Made by a program: the position numbers and the translations under genes
In this document: piece by piece, positions 1 through 11,757 of the stretch
Numbering within the stretch: the stretch's first letter is position 1
Layout of the letters: each line of letters opens with the position of its first letter
The notes under the pieces: model-generated
Databases searched by the model: none
What the model saw: the letters and a program-made list of their open reading frames with translations, nothing else
What the model was told of the DNA's origin: nothing
Origin: Octopus vulgaris
Taxonomy: Eukaryota
NCBI GenBank assembly: GCA_951406725.2
Contig: OX597816.1
Coordinates: 161,014,001-161,078,000, forward strand
Reading direction: 5' to 3'
DNA length: 64,000 bases

Positions 1-700
1 ACCAGATGAGGGATTGGGGGACCCTGTCAAAGGCTTTCTCCTTGTCAACAAAACCCAGGTACAGAGGTATTTCTCCTGCAGCTATCTTACCAGAAATATA
101 GCATCAGTGGTGCTTTTCCCTGGCACAAACCCAAACTGCATCTTATCTAAACTAACTCTCTCCCTATTTAGTTGGGCTATGACCCTCTACGTGACTTTCA
201 TTACCTGATCCAACAACTTGACACCTCTATAATTATTCATATCTAATGTATCACCTTTACCTTTGTAGCAGTTGACTATGGTGCTGCTACACCAGTCGTT
301 GGTTATGACTCCTTCATGTATTACCTGATTGACTATATGGGTGACTAGACTATAGCCGACACCGCCAGATATTTTAAGCATCTCTGCGGTGATTCGTGAT
401 GGGGGCTTTCCTTGTCTTCATACCCTTAATTGCTTTATCTACCAAGGTACTGTCAATTTGGATAGATGGTCTCTTTGTTGGGTCAACATTTGGCAAACTC
501 TCTTTCTCCCATTCATTCTCTTCATTTAGCAACCTTTCATAGCGGTGTCTCCAAATCTCTCTCTTTGCAGGCTCATTAAATGCAACTGAACCATCATCCA
601 TGCAGACACATTTCTTTCCTATGACATCATGATTCTCTCTCACACACTGTCTTGCAACATGAATCACTTCAAGTCTTTGGTCCTCACGACATAGACAACA
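1..700 (-). mobile_element. Decayed RTE-clade LINE, reverse-transcriptase fragment
   Basis: Minus ORFs 374-667 and 187-381 give WCSSTIVNCYKGKGDTLDMNNYRGVKLLDQVMKV, followed by FGFVPGKSTTDAIF and FVDKEKAFDRVP. These are non-LTR RT motifs, broken by frameshifts and stops. Confidence 0.9.
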
Positions 701-1067
701 GGCTTATTTTAGTTTCTGTCTACCAAATCCACTCACAAGGCTTTAGTTAGCCTGAGGCTATAGTATAAGACACTTGCCCAAGGTGCCACACAGTGGGACT
801 GAACCTGGAACCTTGTGGTTGGGAAGCAAGCTACTTACCACACAGCCACTCCCACACCTAATAGAATAAATACTAAACATGCAAAAATAAGTATTGGAGG
901 TGATTTGTTCAACCAAACTTTTAGTCTTAGTCTTCCATATTGCTTGGTGATCTTGTTGGAGCTGGTGCTGCATAATAAGCACCTACTACACTTTGTAAAA
1001 TGGTTGGTATTAGGAAGGGCATCAGGCGTAGAAATCAGCAGAGTTTGGCACAATCCTCTGGTTTACC

Positions 1068-1283
1068 AAGGCAGCGAGCTGGCAGAAGCTTTAGCATGCC
1101 AGGCGAAATGCTTAGCGGCATTTCGTCTGTCTTTATGCTCTGAGTTGAGATTCCGCAGAGGTCAATTTTGACTTTCATCCTTTCGGGATTGATAAATTTA
1201 GTACCAGTTGCGTACTGGGTTTGATGTAATTGACTGGTAACCTCCCCCAAAATTTTGGACCTAGTACCTAGAGTAGAAAAGAA
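1068..1283 (+). mobile_element. SINE family A (tRNA-like head, Meta-like central domain GCCTTTCATCCTTTCGGGGTCGATAAATTAAGTACCAGT)
   Basis: ~210-bp repeat recurring at about 3071-3290, 7297-7700, 10711-10930, 11065-11270, 11491-11700, 14139-14525, 45688-46077, 55332-55490 (+) and 29988-30495, 42515-42720, 58674-58885 (-). Confidence 0.85.
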
Positions 1284-1384
1284 TTCTCTGGCTCACCACC
1301 TTCTGTCAAACTGTCCAGCCCATACCAGCTTGGAAAAGGGATGGTAAATGATGATGATGATGATGATGGTTATCTATACATATA

Positions 1385-1792
1385 TAGGCACAGGAGTGGC
1401 TGTGTGTTAAGAAGCTTGCATCCCGACCACATGTTCTGCATTCAGTCCCATCGCATGGCATCTTGGGCAAGTGTCTTCTACTATAGCCTCAGGCTGACCA
1501 TAGCATTGTGAGTAGATTTGGTAGATGGAAACTGAAAGAATCCTGTCATGTATGTGTGTGTGTGTGTGCGTCTGTATTTGTGTGTCTGTGTTTCTCCCCC
1601 CTCCTCATCATCGTTTGACAGCCGGTGTTGGTATGTTTACATCCCTGTAACTTAGTGGTTTGGCAAAAGAGACCAATAGAATAAGTACTAGGCTTACAAT
1701 GAATAAGTCTTGGAGGTCGATTTGTTCAACTAAAAAGGCAGTGCTCCAGCATGGCTGCAGTCAAATGACTGAAACAAGTAAAAGAATAAAGG
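1385..1792 (+). mobile_element. SINE family B (tRNA-derived, ~400 bp, internal TA/TG microsatellite, AAAGAGT tail)
   Basis: Head GGAGTGGCTGTGTGGTAAG..GGTTCAGTCCCAC (A/B-box-like), then ACCTTGGGCAAGTGTCTT; about 20 full or partial copies in the window. Confidence 0.85.
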
Positions 1793-1921
1793 AATATATT
1801 TTTACAGTCAAACATATACATTTAAATAGCTTCCACAGTTTTGGCCATGTAAGGCATATTGTGATCATATAACAAGCAAAAAAAAAAAAAAAAATGAAAG
1901 AGATAAAAATAATGGGATAAA

Positions 1922-2310
1922 GCTCTTTTGTTTGTTTCAGTCATTTGACTGTGGCCATGGTGGAGCTCCACCATTAGTCGAACAAATCGACCCCAGGACT
2001 TGTTCTTTATAAACTTTGTACTTATTCTATCGGTCTCTTTAGCCGAACCGCTAAGGTATGGGGATGTAAACACACTACCATCATTTGTCAAGCGATGGTG
2101 TGGGGACAAACACAGACACACAAACATATACATATACATATATACATACAACAAGCTTCTTTTAATTCCCATCTACCAAATCCGCTCACAAGGCTTTGGT
2201 CGGCTCGAGGCTATAGTAGAAGACACATGCTCAAGGTGCTATGCAGTGGAACTGAACCTGGAACCATGTGGTTGGTAAGCAAGCTACTTACCATGCAGCC
2301 ACTCCTGTGC

Positions 2311-2313
<3 letters not shown>
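1922..2313 (-). mobile_element. SINE family B copy
   Basis: Reverse complement of the 1385-1792 element. Confidence 0.85.
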
Positions 2314-2349
<36 letters not shown>

Positions 2350-3467
2350 AGTTATATTTATATATATATATGTATATGATGATGATGATGATATTTATAG
2401 TTATATCCTTATTCCCGTTTGGATTAACCTTATATATATATATATGTATATATGTGTGTGTGTGTATGTATGTATATACGACTGGCTTCTTTCAGTTTCC
2501 GTCTACCAAATCCACTCACAGGGCTTTGGTCAGCCCGAGGTTATAGTAGAAGACACTTGCTGATGGTACCACACAGTGGAACTGAACCCAGAACCATGTA
2601 GTGGGAGGCAAGCTGCTTACCACACAGCCAACATTGACCAAATATAGTTGGGAAAATGAACCAAAATAAAAAAGTGTTGAATGCAAACAGCCAAGGAAAA
2701 TTACCGGATCTTAATATGTGATATAAAATAATAGCTTATTTTTGGACTGCATTTAGAAATAGTAACTTTCCAGGATGTTGGCTTCGCTTGTTTTGGGGTT
2801 TTCTGTTGTATTAACGTTTTTTTTTTCTCTTTTTTTATTCTTCATTTTGTATTTCTGTATAAATTACATTTCCATTAATCAGTCTAGTCTTTGACTGTAT
2901 TCAGAAAACACATGTGCACACACACACATGTACACTCGTGCATGCACTCACACACACACACACAAAACATGTATGCACACACACACGCACACACACATAC
3001 ACACACATACACATACACACAAATGTGCGTCTATAAATAAAAATTGATTTTTATATTAATCTGACTCTGATAAGGCGGCAAGCTGGCCGAATCATTAGCA
3101 TGCTGGGCAAAATGCTTAACAGTATTTCATCTGTCTTTATGTTTTGAGTTCAAATTCCACTGAGGTCGACTTTGCCTTTCATCCTTTCGGGGTCGATAAA
3201 TAAAGTACCAATTGTGTACTGGGGTTGATCTAATCAACTGGCCATCTCCCCAAAAATTCCAGGCCTTGTGCCTTGAGTAGGAAAGGATATTAATCTGATG
3301 ATGGCTTAACTGGTTGTAACTTTGAGATCACTATTAACAATATTCTTGTTTAACCTTTAAATGTAATGCTTGTTTATTTATATTGTTTTGAATTAATCAT
3401 GCATTATCCTGTTGCTTAGAAATTTTGATGATGTGTTTGTGTGTATATATATATATGTGTGTGTGTG

Positions 3468-3542
<75 letters not shown>

Positions 3543-3547
<5 letters not shown>

Positions 3548-3659
3548 CAACTAAAAACTTTTCCGGTAATAGCCGGCTGTAGTTGCAACTAGGCTTCATG
3601 TACCTTTGCATGTCGTTTAAGTCCTCCTGCTATTACCGGAAAAGTTTTTAGTTGCCAAT
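3543..3659. mobile_element. MITE-like element with perfect 31-bp terminal inverted repeats
   Basis: ATTGGCAACTAAAAACTTTTCCGGTAATAGC (3543-3573) is the exact reverse complement of 3629-3659; it abuts a (TA)n tract. Confidence 0.7.
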
Positions 3660-3866
3660 TCTGTACAAAACATTGTAGACTTTTAGCTGGGCTAAAAGGT
3701 CACATTCGATCACAGCACCAATAACAGTTAAGCTTCATGCAATGGCCATACTCGATAATGAGGGGGCAGCCATCATATATATATATATATATATTTACCA
3801 GAGCAAGCACATAAATGTGAAACAAGGTGGAAAAAATAGTACTCGAATACCAGAGGTATTAAAAAG

Positions 3867-4008
3867 CAGCAAAGATATCACAAAAACTGTTACTCAGAGT
3901 TCCATGTTCCCATCCATTGGACAGTTTTGTTCCCTTCTAAATAAAACTGTCCGACGAACGGGAAAGTGAAACAGAAAAAGAGAAACAGTTTTTGTGATAT
4001 TTTTGCTG
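3867..4008. mobile_element. Fold-back PLE pseudo-LTR remnant with two degenerate hammerhead motifs
   Basis: Inverted arms. Combined consensus: AAAACTGT CCGACGA ACG-GGAA-CGT GAAA CTC-T-GAGTA ACAGTTTT. Confidence 0.65.
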
Positions 4009-4278
4009 TGAACAGAATAAATTTATTCTAAAAAACCTTACTACTAATCAACCATTTAATTTGAATTTAAACACTTAGCTTGTTGTTGTTTGAATAATAT
4101 AAGATAGCAGGAACAACTTAATAATGTTGTAATGTTGTAAAACTAATAAAATTAATAGAATTTATCTTAAATTTCAAATGGTCTTCCCTAGTTTGAGTTT
4201 ATAAAGTATTTCAACTATTCCTGCTACTCTTCCTAATTTGATGCATTTGTCAGTGGAATTATTTATTTACTTACAGTG

Positions 4279-4617
4279 TGAAGATGCATGGCTCAGTGGT
4301 TAGAGTGTCGAGCTTACAATTGTGAGGTTATGAGCTTGAATCCCAGACTGGGCTGCGTGTTGTGTTCTTGCGCAAGACACTTTATTTCATGTTGCTCCAG
4401 TTCACTCAGCTGTAGAAATGAGTTGCGACATCACAGGTGCCAAGCTGTATCAGCCTTTGCTTTTCTCTTGGATAACACTGGTGGTATGGAGAGGGGAGGC
4501 CGGTATGCATGGGTGACTGTTGGTCTTCCATAAACAACCTTGCCCAGACTTGTGCCTGGGAGGGTAACTTTCTAGGTGCAATTTCAAGGTCTGTGTCATG
4601 ACCTAAAGGGGTCTCTC
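4279..4617 (+). mobile_element. SINE family C (tRNA head, V-domain-like TGTGTTCTTGAGCAAGACACTTTA)
   Basis: Near-identical copy at ~15003-15326 and a partial copy at ~7060-7147. Confidence 0.8.
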
Positions 4618-4805
4618 AGATACAGCGTAAACAGAGTTAGCAGTTATAATAACTGACTAAGGGATAAAATATCTGTATGTACTATCGATATCCTTTACCC
4701 ATGTTATCCCTGGGCATTGGTGGGCAGGTACACTATGCATGTAGAGTGCAGGTAACAACAGAATAAACAAGAGTTTATCAGGAAACGAATACAAGTACTG
4801 CTTGA

Positions 4806-5202
4806 TTGGCACTTGTGCCAGTGGAACGTTAAAAGCACCGTCCAAGGGTAAGCATTGCCAGGGCCACTGACTGGCTCCTGTGCTGGTGACACATAAAAAG
4901 CACTATTTGAGCGTGATCATTGCTAGTGTCGCCTTACTGGTACATGTGCCACTGGCATGTGAAAAACAACATTCAAGCATGGCCGTTGCCAGTGCCACCA
5001 GACTGGCTCCTGTGCAATTGGCACATAAAAGCACCCACTACACTCTCAGAGTGGTTGATGTTAGGAAGGGTATCCAGCTGTAGAAACTCTGTCAGATCAG
5101 ATTGGAGCCTGGTGCAGCCATTTGGCTCACCAGTCCTCAGTCAAACCGTCCAACCCATGCCAGCATGGAAAGTGGATGTGAAACGATGATGATGATGATG
5201 AT
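4806..5202 (+). mobile_element. SINE-like family D ((GAT)n tail, repeated ~60-65-bp 5' module)
   Basis: ..GTTAGGAAGGGCATCCAGCTGTAGAAAC..CCAACCCATGCTAGCATGGAAA..(GAT)n. Other copies at ~10955, 13063, 23478, 23960, 33402, 41321, 48340, 51923 (+) and 5595, 38385, 46330, 53349, 60013 (-). Confidence 0.8.
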
Positions 5203-5300
5203 GGAGAAAACCTCATATTAATAAACACATTAATTGTACACATTTGCTGCTTATTTTATAATATTCAAAGCATGACATAACAAATAGGTGACGTAACAAA

Positions 5301-5412
5301 TCTTATGGCTGTTTCTGCATTCGTTGCCAAGTGCTGTCTATAAATAATTGTGAAAATAAAATTCTTCATCTTCATAGGACATTCGGATTTAGGCATGGAG
5401 CTTCATCAGAGT
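5301..5412 (-). ncRNA. Degenerate hammerhead motif with long stem II, in a pLTR-like element (4630-4800 + 5204-5412, split by a SINE)
   Basis: Minus strand: CTGATGA AGCTCCATGCC..GGCAACGAATGCA GAAA CAGCCA TA AGA. Homologous to 56946-57061; the downstream part matches 37560-37925. Confidence 0.55.
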
Positions 5413-6296
5413 AAAAATCAAGAGCATCCAATATAAAAAAAGGGAAGAAGGAATATACATATATATTATAGGCACAGGAGTGGCTGTGTTGTAAGTAGCT
5501 TGCTTACCAACCACATGGTTCTGGGTTCAGTTCCACTGCATCATCATCATCATCATCACCACCACCACCACCATCATTGTCATTGCCACCATCATCATCA
5601 TTTAATGTCCACTGTCCATGCTGGCATGGGTCGGACAGTTTGACCAGGGTTGGCAAGCTGAGGGACTGCACCAGACTCCAGTCTGATTTGACACGGTTTC
5701 TATCTATGGCTAGAATCCCTTCCTAAAGTCAATGCCCATAATTTTTTGACACTTAAGCTAATGTAAATTTATATATTTAGGAATTGGATACTAATTTAAA
5801 ACTTATAACTACCTATGTAGCTTTATTTTACACATAAGTTTAATTATGCCCATACAAGTCACATGCTGCCTATCATATCTTTTCCATTTCTCTATTAGTT
5901 TATATTATTCTATTTTGCTTTATTTATTTACCATTATTGCCATTGTAATCATAACTGCTCAATTTTTCTTTGAGACTTTCTTAAATCTGTATATATTAAT
6001 CCTCAATACAGTTTATCAATACACTACTTAGCTGTATTTCTCTTGTGTATTCTATTTATTTTACTATAACTAAACTATAAACATGTTTTAAATCTCTGAG
6101 CAAGAGAAATACAGTAACAGTACCAGATAGTAATGTTTATATACCAACATAACATGGCAGTCCTGTAAAGAACAATGTTACTGTTGTTTTAGCCTCAGGG
6201 AAACATCTTTTCCAGCTGGCTAATGACACACAGTCTGTGTCCATATACAGCATTTGCAAGGGAGGTCATCACTACCATCTCTAGTCTTATGTGATA

Positions 6297-6340
6297 CTCA
6301 CAGACCTAGGTTTCTGGATGTTATCTGTCCTCAGTGTGAG
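6297..6340 (-). ncRNA. Minimal type-I hammerhead ribozyme motif
   Basis: CTCACA CTGAGGA CAGAT-AAC-ATCCA GAAA CCTAG GTC TGTGAG: perfect stem I, canonical core, GUC site; stem II partly mismatched. Confidence 0.8.
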
Positions 6341-6412
6341 ACACTGTGTGTTGCTTAAAGAATATATAATATTTGTGAGTGGAGATAGCTTTCGTCATTA
6401 TCTGGTGATTAT

Positions 6413-6456
6413 CTTACACCGAGGATGGATAACATCCAGAAACCTAGGTCTGCGAG
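6413..6456 (+). ncRNA. Minimal type-I hammerhead ribozyme motif (U4C)
   Basis: CTTACA CCGAGGA TGGAT-AAC-ATCCA GAAA CCTAG GTC TGCGAG; perfect stem II. Confidence 0.8.
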
Positions 6457-7296
6457 TATCACATAAAGCTAGAGATGGGAGCAATGTCCTCCCTTGCAAA
6501 TGCTATATACATACACAGACTGTGTGTCGTTAGCCAGCTGGAAAAGATGTTTTCCTGGGGCTAAAACAACAGTAGCATCCTCCTTTGCAGGACGGCCACT
6601 TGATGTTGGCATATAAACATAACTAAACTATAAACATTCATACATATCAAATTGAAGAAAATAGATTGGAGGTACTGATCTTATCTACCTGTATATCTCA
6701 TCAACCTGTATATCTCACTATTATGAGCACACCACACAATAAAATATAATTTTGTACACTGTCTCTTTACAATTAAGGCTGTCAGTTACTTCAAAGAATT
6801 CACAAAGCCATTTGTAATTTTGGCACTGGTCTTTGTGATAATAAATTTTCACTGTTAGTCTCTGATTCTAGGGGGAGCCAGCAGATTTAGTTGAAGATGA
6901 AATATGCCATTCAACTTTTCTTCTATTTTCTATCATTTGTTCTATTCAATTATAGTTTGTCTCCCATCCTCTTTCCACTTGGGAAATCAATCTTTCACTG
7001 ACAGCCTATTTTGCACTATCAACAAATACTGATTATCCAGTTATAATCCTACCTAGTGAAGGCAAATGGCTCAATGGTTAGAGCTCACAATCATGAGGTA
7101 GTAAGTTCGATTCCCAGACTGGGCTGTATGTTGTGTTCTTCAGCAAGTATTCAGTACATCAGTCATTGACTTATTTTCTCCAAAATTCATGCCACTGACC
7201 TATTTGAACAATCATACTCAGCTTCTTCACATCCTTTTTTTTTCTGCTTAAATTCCATATTCCACATACTGGCATGCCAATAACCATTGTACTTCT

Positions 7297-7707
7297 AAGG
7301 CGGTGATCTGGCAGAATCGTTAGCACTTCAGGCAAAATGCTTAGCGGTATTTCATCTGTCTTTACTTTCTGAGTTCAAATTCTACCGAGGTCGACTTTGC
7401 CTTTTGTCCTTTTGGGGTTGATAAATTAAGTACCAGTTGCGTACTGAGTTCGATCTAGTTGACTGGCCCCCTCCCCCAAAATGTTGGGACTTGTCATAGA
7501 GTAGAAAAGAATTTTTAAAGCAGCGATCTGGGAGAATCGTTAGCATGCTGGGTGAAATGCTTAGCGGTATTTCATCTGCTGTTACGTTCTGACTTTGCTG
7601 AAGTCGACTTTGCCTTTCATCCTTTTGCATACTGGGGTTGATCTAATCAACTTGTTCCCTTCCCCAAAATTTCAGGCCTTGTGCCTAGAGTAGAAAAGAA
7701 ATGAATG
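7297..7707 (+). mobile_element. Tandem pair of family A SINEs with target-site duplication
   Basis: ACCATTGTACTTCT at 7283-7296 and ACCGTTGTACTTCT at 7708-7721 flank the pair. Confidence 0.8.
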
Positions 7708-8340
7708 ACCGTTGTACTTCTGCTTTTTCATAAATGAATTTTGCTCCAAATTTTGATACTTGGTCTAGCTAACTTCTTTCTGCTCCAGTTCTTTCTGCTA
7801 CTTCTGTTTGACAAAACTAATAGCATGTTTTTCAATATATAGTCATTTAAAATCACACCAGCATAAAAGATATTTTCATTGATGTATTGAAAGCAATATC
7901 TCAATTTCCTGTATTCTGTAGAAGTGTAATTAAAAGCTTGTGTTCGCAGACAAAAGAAGGTGGGATTATTTCAGTTATAAAGCTGTAAGATATATGTAGA
8001 ATATAAACATGGCTACTGTTGCAACAGATAGATGAGACATTATACAGTATGGAATTTTCTCTGAATTCGCTTTTCAGATTTAATTTTCTCTAAAAGATGC
8101 CTTACTTTACATGAAGTAAAATTTGATTCTAATTTATATAGATGCTATTTTCACTTCTGAGTTCAGGAATTTGTGTTAGAAAGGGATATAATTTTGCAAA
8201 ATAAAAGTCCCAATGTAATATATGCCTTGCAGGAAGACGAAACCTAAAGAAGTGTATGCATATATATGTACAAACACACACACACACAAACACATCAGGC
8301 ACATGCCATCAATAATTATATATATATATATATATATATA

Positions 8341-8640
8341 GGGAGAATTCACTAAAAAACAAAAGACGAAGACAGGTGGTGTAGACAACAAACAGATGTA
8401 TTAGTATAATGCTCGGGAAGTGAAAAAGTCTTTAACATTTCAAGCCTACGCTCTTCCACAGAGAGGAACACAGAAAGAAACACGGAGATAAATGAAGAAT
8501 GTGTAGTGGCTAGCGATCTATCATGGTGAATGCCAGACAGAAGGGTCACACAGGAGAGCTAGGGAGAAGGGGAGATAATAAAGTAGTGGTGATTCCAAAA
8601 TGAAGGTGCATGTGCATGTGTATAAGAGAGTTTGTATGTG
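8341..8640 (-). mobile_element. Non-autonomous pLTR-like element with A6U hammerhead motif (8430-8465)
   Basis: Minus: CTCT CTGTGGA A GAGC-GTAG-GCTT GAAA TG TT AAAG. Same family at 18899-19102, 28085-28235 and 57080-57190. Confidence 0.65.
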
Positions 8641-9721
8641 CATGTGAAGAAAGCTGGTGATCTTAACGTGTGTGTGTGTGTATGTGCAGATGTAAAAATG
8701 TGGGTCTGGGAAGTGGTCACAGTGCTGATGTGTGCTTGGTGGTGTGTTGTGATGTGATGTTTTGAGTGGTATGGTGGTGTAAGATGTAGTGGTGTGTGGT
8801 GTGATAGTGTTGGGAAGTGGGGGAGGCGAGAATGGGGAAAACAAGTGTGAGTTAGGCTGAGGGTGGGGGTAGAGGTGGGTAGGTGGGTAGGTGGAGGTAG
8901 GGATGGGGTATATGGGAGTGGGTGTAAAGGATGGGGTGGGGTGGGATGGGGAAGGATAGGGAAGGTGGGGTGGAATGTGTAGGGGTCGAATGTGTAGGGG
9001 TGGGGTGGGCTTACGAGAGAGGGGTGACGATGAAGGGGAAGGAGGTGGGTAGGAGTGAAGAGAGAGAGACACACACACACACATGCACACACACACACAT
9101 GCACACACACACACATGCACACACACACACACATGCACACACACACACACACACACGAAACATTCCACATATTTTTGTTAACTAGGCAAATGACACTTGT
9201 CTTGGATAAATATGTGGTATTGATTCCAAAACCCCTATCAGTTTTGAGTTATGATGTGCATTTCACCAAATCCTGCTGTGAAAGGGAAAAACATTGGTTC
9301 AACCATAGGAACCCATCGTAACCTAATCTTCTAATATCATGCTGTCTGCTATAAACATCACCTCTATTCCAAAGTACGTAGTTTCTGTCTTCATGTTCTT
9401 TCTTTACCTTATTGCTCAGTATCTTTATTATCAGGTATACGTTTACAAGCAGTCTGAATATTTCTATCAGATAATATTTTTCTCGTTTTGCATTTTCTAA
9501 TTCTGGCAATTTAGAATGAAAAATGAAACACCATCAGCCTTTTACTTCTTTTCTACTTAAAAAAGATACCTATTTTTGTTTTATATTGCCCTGCTTGCTC
9601 GTTATGAGGTATATTTTAATTGCTTAACCCATTCAAGGCCATAATTCAACTATAAGTATTATTTATAAACTAGCTGCCCCTATGATATTACAATGAGAGT
9701 TACCGGGATTTAAGCAACTGT

Positions 9722-9845
9722 AATGAAAGTTTCAAGGATCAAAGTTTTAGTCATAAAATTACTGAGTTCAGAGTTACTAGGATTAAAGTTACAAGGGTCA
9801 GAGTTTCTAGGGTCAAAGTTACTGTAGTCAAAATTACAAGAAGCT
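9722..9845. repeat. Degenerate 15-bp minisatellite (~8 units, consensus ~AAAGTTACTAGGGTC)
   Basis: AAGTT/GAGTT/AATT recur with a 15-nt period. Confidence 0.7.
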
Positions 9846-10184
9846 GTTTCCAAGGAAAGTAAATTTCCCCCATGGCCCATACATATACATACCACAAGCC
9901 ACTTTCAGTTTCTATCTACCACATCCATACTCAAGGCTTTGGTCAGCTTGGAGCTATAGTAGAAGACACTTGCCAAGGTGCCACATAGTGGGACTGATCT
10001 CAGAACCATGTAACTGGGAAGCAAATTTCTTAACCTCCATGCTATGCCTATATACATCATGTTTGTCTGTTGGTATGTGTGTGCATGTGTGTGTGCACCT
10101 ACACCAGTATAAGTGACTGTCACTGAAAAATACAAGCTTTGGATTTAGATGTTTTAGAATATACAAACTGAAAGGCAGTGAGCC

Positions 10185-10259
<75 letters not shown>

Positions 10260-10502
10260 TGGAGGAGGAGGAGGAGAATGTGCTAAAGTAAAGGTACAAG
10301 ATATGGTTTATGATGATGGTGTGAAAGGCTTACAATTGGATTCAGTACAACAGACTATTATCGTCCAGATTGCCCACTTCTTGCTTGAAAATGTATTGAA
10401 AAGTTTGATTAAATATTTATAGAGAAGAAATGACAAATATATTTTAGCTCTTAGAAGATAACATGTTAACATGATGTTGAATGCAGCTGCTGTTTTAGTT
10501 CT

Positions 10503-11706
10503 TCAGAACTGGCTGGAATATAAGATTCCTGGAAAAGAAAATATAAAGATTATTGGGTTTATATACTTGTTTTACAAGATTCTTGATGTGAGCTTGTGTG
10601 CTGAAACAGATATTGTTATATTTAGGGATGATCATTTTGCCAATAAACACACACACACACTATGTATTTGATCATCATTTTAGCTTTATCATTATTATTA
10701 TTCGTTTATTAAGGTGGTGAGTTTGGCAGAATTGTTAGCATGCTGGATGAAATGCTTAGCAGTATTGCACCTGTTGCTATGTTCTGTGTTCAAATTCTGT
10801 TAAGGCCGACTCTGCCTTTCATCCTTTTGGGGTCAATAAATTAAGTACCAGTGAAACACTGGGGTCAATATAATCAACAAGTCCCCTTCCCCCAAATTTC
10901 AGAACTTGTGCCTATAGTAACAAAGATTATCATTATTAGTTTATTTTGTAAAGTGAGATCTGACTGGGCCTGATGAAGCCTTCCGGCTTCACAGACCCCA
11001 GTTGAACCGTCCAACCCATGCTAGCATGGAAAACGGACGCTAAATGATGATGATGATGATGATGATGTGACTTTGCAGAATCGATAGCATTCCAGACACA
11101 ATGCTTAATGGCATTTCGTCCATCTTTATGTTCTGAGTTCAAATTCAGCCAAGGTCAATTTTTCTCTTCTTCCTTTCAGGGCGATAAAATAAGTACCAGT
11201 TGAGCAATGGGAGTTGATGAAATCAACTTATCCCCTCCACCCAAATTGCTGGCCTTGTGCCAAAATTTGAAATTATTAATTTTACTTCACCTGTAAGAGT
11301 TCTTTCATTACAGATTCTGTGACCTCTCTAATGACAATCCATTCTGCATATCTCCTCTTCTCTCTAGTCTTGTCCTGTCTATTCAAGATGGAATAAACAA
11401 GACAAAACCAGAGAGAAGAGGAGACATGGAGAAGAACAGGTTGGCATTAAAGGGATCGCAGAATTTGTGTATATATAGATATATATATATAAGGTGAACT
11501 GGCAGAAATGTTAGCATGCCAGGCAAAATGCTTAGCAGTATTTCATCTGTGTTTATGTTCTAAGTTCAATTCCTCCAAGGTTGACTTTGCCTTTCATCCT
11601 TTCAGGGTCGATAAATTAAGTACCAGTTGCATACTGGGGTCAATCTAATCAACTGGTCCCCTCCTACAAAATTTTGGGTCTTGTGCCTAGAGTTGAAAAT
11701 AATATT

Positions 11707-11757
<51 letters not shown>

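Larger units (their letters stand above)
6085..6618. mobile_element. Fold-back (inverted pseudo-LTR) PLE-derived element flanked by 19-bp direct repeats
   Basis: ~210-bp inverted arms at 6133-6343 and 6411-6620; ATAACTAAACTATAAACAT at 6066-6084 and 6619-6637. Confidence 0.8.

Noticed and set aside
4279-4355. tRNA gene candidates at SINE heads
   Set aside because: A/B-box-like sequence runs directly into SINE bodies; no complete cloverleaf or T-run terminator.
6780-8170. Decayed transposase-like coding sequence between SINEs
   Set aside because: Multiple stops in the frames read and no motif I could name.
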